Of a stretch of DNA of 20,000 nucleotides, positions 14,819-20,000 are shown piece after piece. Location: IMG/VR virus record IMGVR_UViG_3300037067_001926; one strand, written 5' to 3'. The stretch comes from an uncultured virus (IMG/VR IMGVR_UViG_3300037067_001926). Lineage: Duplodnaviria; Heunggongvirae; Uroviricota; Caudoviricetes. Each line of letters opens with the position of its first letter. Positions within the stretch are counted from its first letter, which is position 1. Both the position numbers and the translations under genes were made by a program. The notes beneath the pieces are model-generated. The model ran no database searches and was not told the origin of the DNA. It worked only from the letters and a program-made list of their open reading frames with translations.

Positions 14819-15084
14819 TAGGAGTCCTCACCTTTGCTGTCTCGCTCATACTCCAGCCTAAGGTGTTCCCCATTAGACGTGTAGTGAACGTGCTCGGAAA
14901 GCCACTTGTTGAATTCTTGAGTGAACTCCTCTTCGGTTATTAGCCTCTGAGAATGCGGGTCCTCATCATCGCGCTTGCGGGTATGCGTGTACCACCCAAC
15001 CGTGGAGAAGTACTTAGCAAGATAGAATCGCTCAGAGTCCTGACCGCACAGCGTACAGCGCAGGTAGACCCCATTGTCAGCCAT
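14818..15084 (-). CDS. Hypothetical protein with an N-terminal CxxC, 88 aa
   Basis: Overlaps both neighbours; AAGGAG SD; CTLC plus C-terminal His residues. Confidence 0.7.
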   Translation of the reverse strand: MADNGVYLRCTLCGQDSERFYLAKYFSTVGWYTHTRKRDDEDPHSQRLITEEEFTQEFNKWLSEHVHYTSNGEHLRLEYERDSKGEDS

Positions 15085-17497
15085 TCATCCACTCCTTGTA
15101 CTCCAGCTCCATCAACCACTGCGGGATCTGCATGGTCCGCGTACCGCTGTCTACGATCAAGTTATCCCAGGCCGAACCCGCGTCAATGCAGCTAATCGTC
15201 TGTTCCCGCGCCAACAGATTCGCTATCCAGACCTTCGCCGGCATCCCGCCACAGAATACGAATGTCGCCCCTGGCTTAACGTGCCACATCAACTGTTCCC
15301 TGATCGCATCGTACTGCTCGAACGCATTAACTAGCGGGATCTCCACGAAGTCAGCCTTCAGCATGGTTGCCACGGGCTTGAGCCGCGCTGGGCCAACGAA
15401 GGTCTTTGGCGCTTCCGCTTCGCGGACAGCTCCCCAGAACTCCTTTACTGCATGGAAGTCCTGATCTACCCGGTGGAGAAGGCTGTTGTAGAACCTCTGA
15501 TCCCCGAAGGGGACTACGTTGACCACCACGCGGCCGTTGTCCCTCTTCTCACTCATCTTCTCCAGTTGCCAGAAGGCGGTCTTGAGTTTTTGCCCAAGTT
15601 CAGATGAGTATAAGTGACCATCGCAGTTTGCGCCAGTGGCACCGGCCATGCACGCTTCTTCTCCATCCCCCTTCTTAATGAATGAAATTGGGAGGCCCTT
15701 ACGCACGCAATCAGTGAGATATCCAAGCAGAGGATTACCCGGCTGCTCCTGCCGACGCTTGTGCCAGATTGACGTTTCCACACCGTCTGGTTCTCCGAGC
15801 GTCGATCGCACTGCGGAAACTACGCCCGGCCACGTACCCCAGTCGTGCCCACACAAGGTCCCCCCTGGCCGCACTTTGTTGGACCATGCTGCTATGTCCT
15901 TGATTACGCTGCATTCATCATGGCTACCGTCGAGGAATAGCATATCGAAGTATCCGTCAGGGAACTCCTTCGCGGCTTCCAGGCTGTCCGCCCGGCGGAC
16001 AACGAGGTTTGTGCAGTCCTTCGTATTCTCGCTGAACTGGCGGAAGATGCTGTCTGGATCGGCCTTCGCTTCGGCGTGCTGGATGTCCTCTCCAACGGAC
16101 CCGGAGAAGTGGTCTACGGCGAACACCGTGCCGCCGCCGTACTTCGCGGCACCAGTGCAGAGCGCGTGTGTGGACCGGCCTTTCCACGATCCGACTTCGA
16201 GGATCCGCTTCTTGTTCTTCGCGTTCTCGAACAGCCATGTGAGTTCAGGGAACACCATCCACCCTTCAATGTGCTTGTCCCCGTACTCGTAGTAGAACTG
16301 CGTATCGCGGAGAAACTCCTCATTGAAGGGCTCATACCGCAGCGCCTCCATGAGGTGATGCCTTGCTCCGGCCACGTCACCCATCCAGCCTTTGGCGTAG
16401 TATAGGTAGGCGTGCGGGCCGGCGCGATAGTCGCGCACCTGATTAGCGTAGAAGGGATGCCACGGAATCTCCAACGATGCCGCAGCGTAGGCCGCGGACG
16501 CGGAGTGATTCGACCGCTTGCGATAGTACTCAGCGTGCCGCAGCAGCGCTTCGCGGCGAGTCGGATCGGTGAAGAACGCCCGGCTGTACCATTCGAGCTG
16601 AGCACTGTCATCGCCGATTAGCCCGTAGGCGTCTCCCAGGAAGATCATCGACTGCGCCCGCTCGGCGGGCCACGCATTCATGTCGACGTGTTCCTTCAAG
16701 ACCTTAATGGCAGACTTCGGCCGGCCGGTCCAGAGCAGCTCACGGCCGAGGTAATGTAGCTGCCGGTCCCTGTTTCCAGCAGGATCCTCAGTCAGCTTGA
16801 TCCATGCGTCCCACCCCAACCCCGGCAGGTAGTTCGCCCGGTGCGCTCTCGGCTCTTGCCAATGCTCAAGATGGAAGATATTGGGTTGTACGAAGAGATG
16901 GTTTGGGCCATCTTCCTGCCTTGGCGGAATGTTTGGAATAGGGGTGATGACCTCGTGTACCGCACCCCGCCACTCGATTCTGCTGCGTCTGTAGAACTTG
17001 CTTTGGGTGAAAGCGACCGCCGGGGTTACCCCGTCGGGGTTATGCGCGAAGACGAAGTCGTACTCCAAGTGTTCCAGCCTTGGGTCGGCTATGATCTCCG
17101 CGATCTTGTCGAGATCCAGCGCGGTAAACGCCTCGTCTGCATCAGCCCAGCATACCCAGTCATTCGTGGCTAGACTTGCACAGAAGTTCCGTGCCGCGGC
17201 GAAGTCGAACAGCCGGCTGCCGTCCTGAACGATTGGCGGTTCGCCTCCGTCTACGAATCGCTGATTGATGGAATCGGCCAAGTCAGCGTCAATGGTGCGC
17301 ATGAAGCGCTCGTCAACTTCGGTGACTTCCGCTCCGCGGGCGCGGAAAACCTCCACCGAATTGTCGCTTGAGCCCGTGTCGACGACGACTACCCGCCCAC
17401 CACAAGCCTGGAAAGCAGCGAGGGAATCCATCAGCCGCGGGATAGTATTGGCCATATCCCGACAGATGCAGAGCACATCGAACGAAGGAGTTGTCAC
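15077..17497 (-). CDS. Multidomain GT2 + TPR + SAM methyltransferase + GT-D-fold-like protein, 806 aa
   Basis: VVVDTGSSDNS, FDFAAARN, WADADE, WRGAVHE (GT2); YLGREL, YSRAFFTDPTRREAL (TPR); LEVGSWKGRST, FLDGSHD, KVRPGGTLCGHD (methyltransferase); SFIKKGDGE...GMPAK...IDAGSAWD (GT-D/DUF1792-like). Confidence 0.88.
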   Translation of the reverse strand: MTTPSFDVLCICRDMANTIPRLMDSLAAFQACGGRVVVVDTGSSDNSVEVFRARGAEVTEVDERFMRTIDADLADSINQRFVDGGEPPIVQDGSRLFDFAAARNFCASLATNDWVCWADADEAFTALDLDKIAEIIADPRLEHLEYDFVFAHNPDGVTPAVAFTQSKFYRRSRIEWRGAVHEVITPIPNIPPRQEDGPNHLFVQPNIFHLEHWQEPRAHRANYLPGLGWDAWIKLTEDPAGNRDRQLHYLGRELLWTGRPKSAIKVLKEHVDMNAWPAERAQSMIFLGDAYGLIGDDSAQLEWYSRAFFTDPTRREALLRHAEYYRKRSNHSASAAYAAASLEIPWHPFYANQVRDYRAGPHAYLYYAKGWMGDVAGARHHLMEALRYEPFNEEFLRDTQFYYEYGDKHIEGWMVFPELTWLFENAKNKKRILEVGSWKGRSTHALCTGAAKYGGGTVFAVDHFSGSVGEDIQHAEAKADPDSIFRQFSENTKDCTNLVVRRADSLEAAKEFPDGYFDMLFLDGSHDECSVIKDIAAWSNKVRPGGTLCGHDWGTWPGVVSAVRSTLGEPDGVETSIWHKRRQEQPGNPLLGYLTDCVRKGLPISFIKKGDGEEACMAGATGANCDGHLYSSELGQKLKTAFWQLEKMSEKRDNGRVVVNVVPFGDQRFYNSLLHRVDQDFHAVKEFWGAVREAEAPKTFVGPARLKPVATMLKADFVEIPLVNAFEQYDAIREQLMWHVKPGATFVFCGGMPAKVWIANLLAREQTISCIDAGSAWDNLIVDSGTRTMQIPQWLMELEYKEWMNG

Positions 17498-17503
17498 CCG
17501 TCC

Positions 17504-17533
17504 ATTCTACGGACTTTGCTTGTGCCTTGGCAA
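17504..17533 (-). promoter_or_regulatory. Putative sigma70 promoter for the glycosylation operon (leaderless)
   Basis: TTGCCA-18 nt-TAGAAT, then 6 nt, then the GTG start; no clear SD. Confidence 0.6.
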
Positions 17534-17540
17534 GCCTAAT

Positions 17541-17981
17541 CTATTCACCGTCAGCGAAAACTGCGTCATCTGCCGCCCACGGATAGCCCGTTGTGGGGGT
17601 CACCACATTCGAGACGATCGTGTAGTCCTCCCCAGGGAAGGCCCGAACCCCATTGCGATGGATGACGGCATTGTTGCGTACCCCTTCGGGGAGGGGGTAG
17701 GAGCCTGCCCCGTCCCTTGCGAGCCGCACGTTCCAGTGGCGCACCGCGGCCGTCTGCGGGGCAGCGGACAGAACTCCACCAGCTAGGTTCAGCCCAGTCC
17801 CTACAGCCACCGTAGAGCACCGTTTGGTGGCGTCGAACCCCACAAGGCCAGGGCCGGCCGACGGAGCCTGGATCTGGTTCAGGGCAACCGCGGTTGCAGC
17901 GTTGCCCTTCACGGCTGCCCACAGGACGGCCAGGAAAGCCACGACTAGGCTGAAGAATCCACGTCTTGTTCTCATGCCCAT
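17541..17981 (-). CDS. Protein with a signal-peptide-like N-terminus and a fibre-like C-terminal module, 146 aa
   Basis: TRRGFF followed by a hydrophobic stretch and Ala-rich cleavage region; C-terminal RNGVRAFPGEDYTIVSNVVT. Confidence 0.75.
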   Translation of the reverse strand: MGMRTRRGFFSLVVAFLAVLWAAVKGNAATAVALNQIQAPSAGPGLVGFDATKRCSTVAVGTGLNLAGGVLSAAPQTAAVRHWNVRLARDGAGSYPLPEGVRNNAVIHRNGVRAFPGEDYTIVSNVVTPTTGYPWAADDAVFADGE

Positions 17982-17984
17982 CTC

Positions 17985-19391
17985 CTATTCGTATATTACG
18001 GTGACCGCTGCGTTATGATTGGCAATGACTAAGCACAGACCCGTGGAGAACGGGATACCCATTAGGTCATAGGAAGCTGGGAGGTAACTGTTCTGTACCG
18101 GATATGCGATCGTCAACTGTGCGAGCACGGTTCCCGCAGAGGTTAGGCCGTCATAGATCGAGATAACGGCACCACTGTCCGCCACTGAACCTACAAGAAG
18201 GCTGTGGAGATTCCCCGGCCCATACTTTAGCACAGCCCCAGCGGTGGTAGTTGACCTGAAGGCGGATGTTGGCTGGGTGAGCATTGCTCCAAGCCGGCTG
18301 ATGGACGCCACACGGCACGACAGAGTATTGGAGGTCTGGAGCGCTGAGGAGTTCACTGTTTCCGCGAAGATGTGGAAGTTCATCGTATCGGACCAGGTCG
18401 CAGCACTGGCCGATACCGAATGAAGAACGTGTCCGTCCACCCCCCAGTAGACCCTACCGTTGGTCCAGTAGATTTCGTAGGTTACATATCCGGTGCCAGG
18501 GTTATAGGACGCTCCGAGCGTACCGTTAAACGTGGTGACCACGGTGGGGGATCCGTTGGACTTCTGGTATGCTACTCCAAACGTAGTCCCAGCAAGCTGG
18601 AACCACGCCCCGTCAGTCACGGTGATGGTTGCAGGCATTGCCGACCCGTAACCCACTCCCCACCGGCGGGTGTTGTTGGCAGCAGCGGCGCTCAGTGAGA
18701 TCCCAGCGCGGTAGCGCATGGCGTTGGCCGAGACGTATCGGGCTCGCCGCAAGGATGTAAGTCTAGCCGCACCATTGGCCGCGGTTGTGGCCGTGTCGAG
18801 AGTCACCTGGGCGTTGGCCTGGGTCACCGTGCCTGAGTTTGCTACCGTGGAAACCCAGAAGTTGGGGTCCACCGCTCCGGCGTTGCCCACACCGTCGAAC
18901 TGCGCACCCACCAATCGCGTCGGCTGGATGGCCCGCATCTCACCCATGGGGGTATTCGAGGCCACGAATCCATAGCCGTCCTTAAGCCCCTTTAGAGCCA
19001 CCTGTAGAAACCCATTCTCATCCAGCGACCGCGGGACCGCCTCCACGATTGGGCACTGCACGGTGTCGATCGTGACTGTAGCCTGCGCACCAGAACTGTT
19101 CAGAGCCCGTACTCGGACGTAGGCCGCTACAGCCTGAATCGTTATTCCGAACTGACACGTGGTGAGGTAGATGTATGTGTCGGTACACTCGAAAGTGTTG
19201 CTTTCCCGGCCCTGGTCAACATATATCGTAAGGTTCCTGTCGGACTTTACCACCACCTGAATCGCGTTAACGCCAAGCGTCGACGCCCCAAGCCCAGCAC
19301 TGTTCCAGGTTACTCCGTTGTCGATTGTTCCGGCGTAGCTGTTTGCCGTGTCAGCCGTTACGCTTTGAGATATCGAAGGAAAGTACGACAT
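17985..19391 (-). CDS. Probable virion surface protein with a lectin/ConA-like domain, 468 aa
   Basis: Thr/Ala/Ser/Gly- and beta-rich; GAWFQL...YEIYWTNGRVYWGVDG; C-terminal IYDG..AGTVL...GIPFSTGL module. Confidence 0.65.
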   Translation of the reverse strand: MSYFPSISQSVTADTANSYAGTIDNGVTWNSAGLGASTLGVNAIQVVVKSDRNLTIYVDQGRESNTFECTDTYIYLTTCQFGITIQAVAAYVRVRALNSSGAQATVTIDTVQCPIVEAVPRSLDENGFLQVALKGLKDGYGFVASNTPMGEMRAIQPTRLVGAQFDGVGNAGAVDPNFWVSTVANSGTVTQANAQVTLDTATTAANGAARLTSLRRARYVSANAMRYRAGISLSAAAANNTRRWGVGYGSAMPATITVTDGAWFQLAGTTFGVAYQKSNGSPTVVTTFNGTLGASYNPGTGYVTYEIYWTNGRVYWGVDGHVLHSVSASAATWSDTMNFHIFAETVNSSALQTSNTLSCRVASISRLGAMLTQPTSAFRSTTTAGAVLKYGPGNLHSLLVGSVADSGAVISIYDGLTSAGTVLAQLTIAYPVQNSYLPASYDLMGIPFSTGLCLVIANHNAAVTVIYE

Positions 19392-19400
19392 TGCATCCCC

Positions 19401-20000
19401 CTATATAATGAACCAGTTCGTTGCGTCAGTGAAGACGCTCATTGTAGTGTTGTGCGCGATGATCGTCTTCGTCGCCTCTCCGTCGATGGTGGCTCCCCCT
19501 GTCGTAGCCACCGTTACCACAATGCCGTTGGCCGCAATGTGCTTTATGTGGTAGACCTTCCCCTGGAGGCCAGCCGTAGCCGGCAACGTCAGAGTGATTG
19601 CAGCATTGGCGAGGACTAGATTGTCCTCACCAGTGAGAGTGTAATCTACAACCTTTGTCACTACTGCGGTCGATACCCCGCCAATCGAACAAATCACATT
19701 CCCTGTGGCTGGAGCGCTGAGCACCACTACCAGTTCATTGGTGTCAGTATGAGTAATTGAAGCAGGAGCGATCACTGCGCGGGAGGAGTCTATGACCTGT
19801 ACGATTGGATAGGCCCCGAAGCCATGGGTTACCGTGATCGTGTCCGTGGACGTGAACGGGGTGACCTTGGCACAGCTGATACCGCTTACCCCTGGATCTC
19901 CCTGGCCTCCAGTATACCCGGTGTAGCCAGTATAGCCAGTGTACCCGGTAAACGCCCCCAGCCCAGTATATCCTGTATAGCCTGTCACCTGAGGCCCGGT
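19401..20000 (-). CDS. GYT collagen-like fibre protein, 3' part (frame open past the window edge)
   Basis: Reads ...[13 protein letters not shown] with no upstream stop; then ITVTHGFGAYPIVQVID and DYTLT..D..VLAN..ITLTLP...IDG...TNWFII modules typical of phage fibres. Confidence 0.85.
   Translation of the reverse strand, partial: TGPQVTGYTGYTGLGAFTGYTGYTGYTGYTGGQGDPGVSGISCAKVTPFTSTDTITVTHGFGAYPIVQVIDSSRAVIAPASITHTDTNELVVVLSAPATGNVICSIGGVSTAVVTKVVDYTLTGEDNLVLANAAITLTLPATAGLQGKVYHIKHIAANGIVVTVATTGGATIDGEATKTIIAHNTTMSVFTDATNWFII

Overview
About 20 kb of a GC-rich tailed-phage genome (podovirus-like morphogenesis genes). Every credible gene is on the minus strand. In transcription order (right to left): a Gly-Tyr-Thr (GYT) collagen-like fibre gene cut by the window edge; a lectin-like virion protein; a protein with a twin-arginine-like N-terminus; a glycosylation block (GT2-TPR-methyltransferase-GT-D-like fusion, GT2-GT32-methyltransferase fusion, stand-alone methyltransferase); seven CCA-ending tRNA genes (Glu, fMet-like, Pro, Trp, Gln x2, Ser) with two structured spacers; then the head and tail module (two small proteins, an unannotated 53-aa mini-paralogue, scaffold, major capsid, two probable decoration proteins, two small GYT-repeat proteins, a terminator, three paralogous adaptor/ring proteins and a 1124-aa nozzle-like protein). 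Most notable: (1) a candidate virion-glycosylation system pairing Thr/Ser-rich GYT-repeat proteins with multidomain glycosyl/methyltransferases; (2) two sigma70-like promoters whose predicted +1 falls exactly on nucleotide 1 of the initiator-like tRNA and on the GTG start of the glycosyltransferase operon; (3) a 53-aa diverged mini-copy of the pre-scaffold gene bounded by a perfect 40-bp direct repeat; (4) non-canonical tRNAs, including an 8/4-type Ser tRNA. All family calls come from motif recognition by eye; no searches were run.
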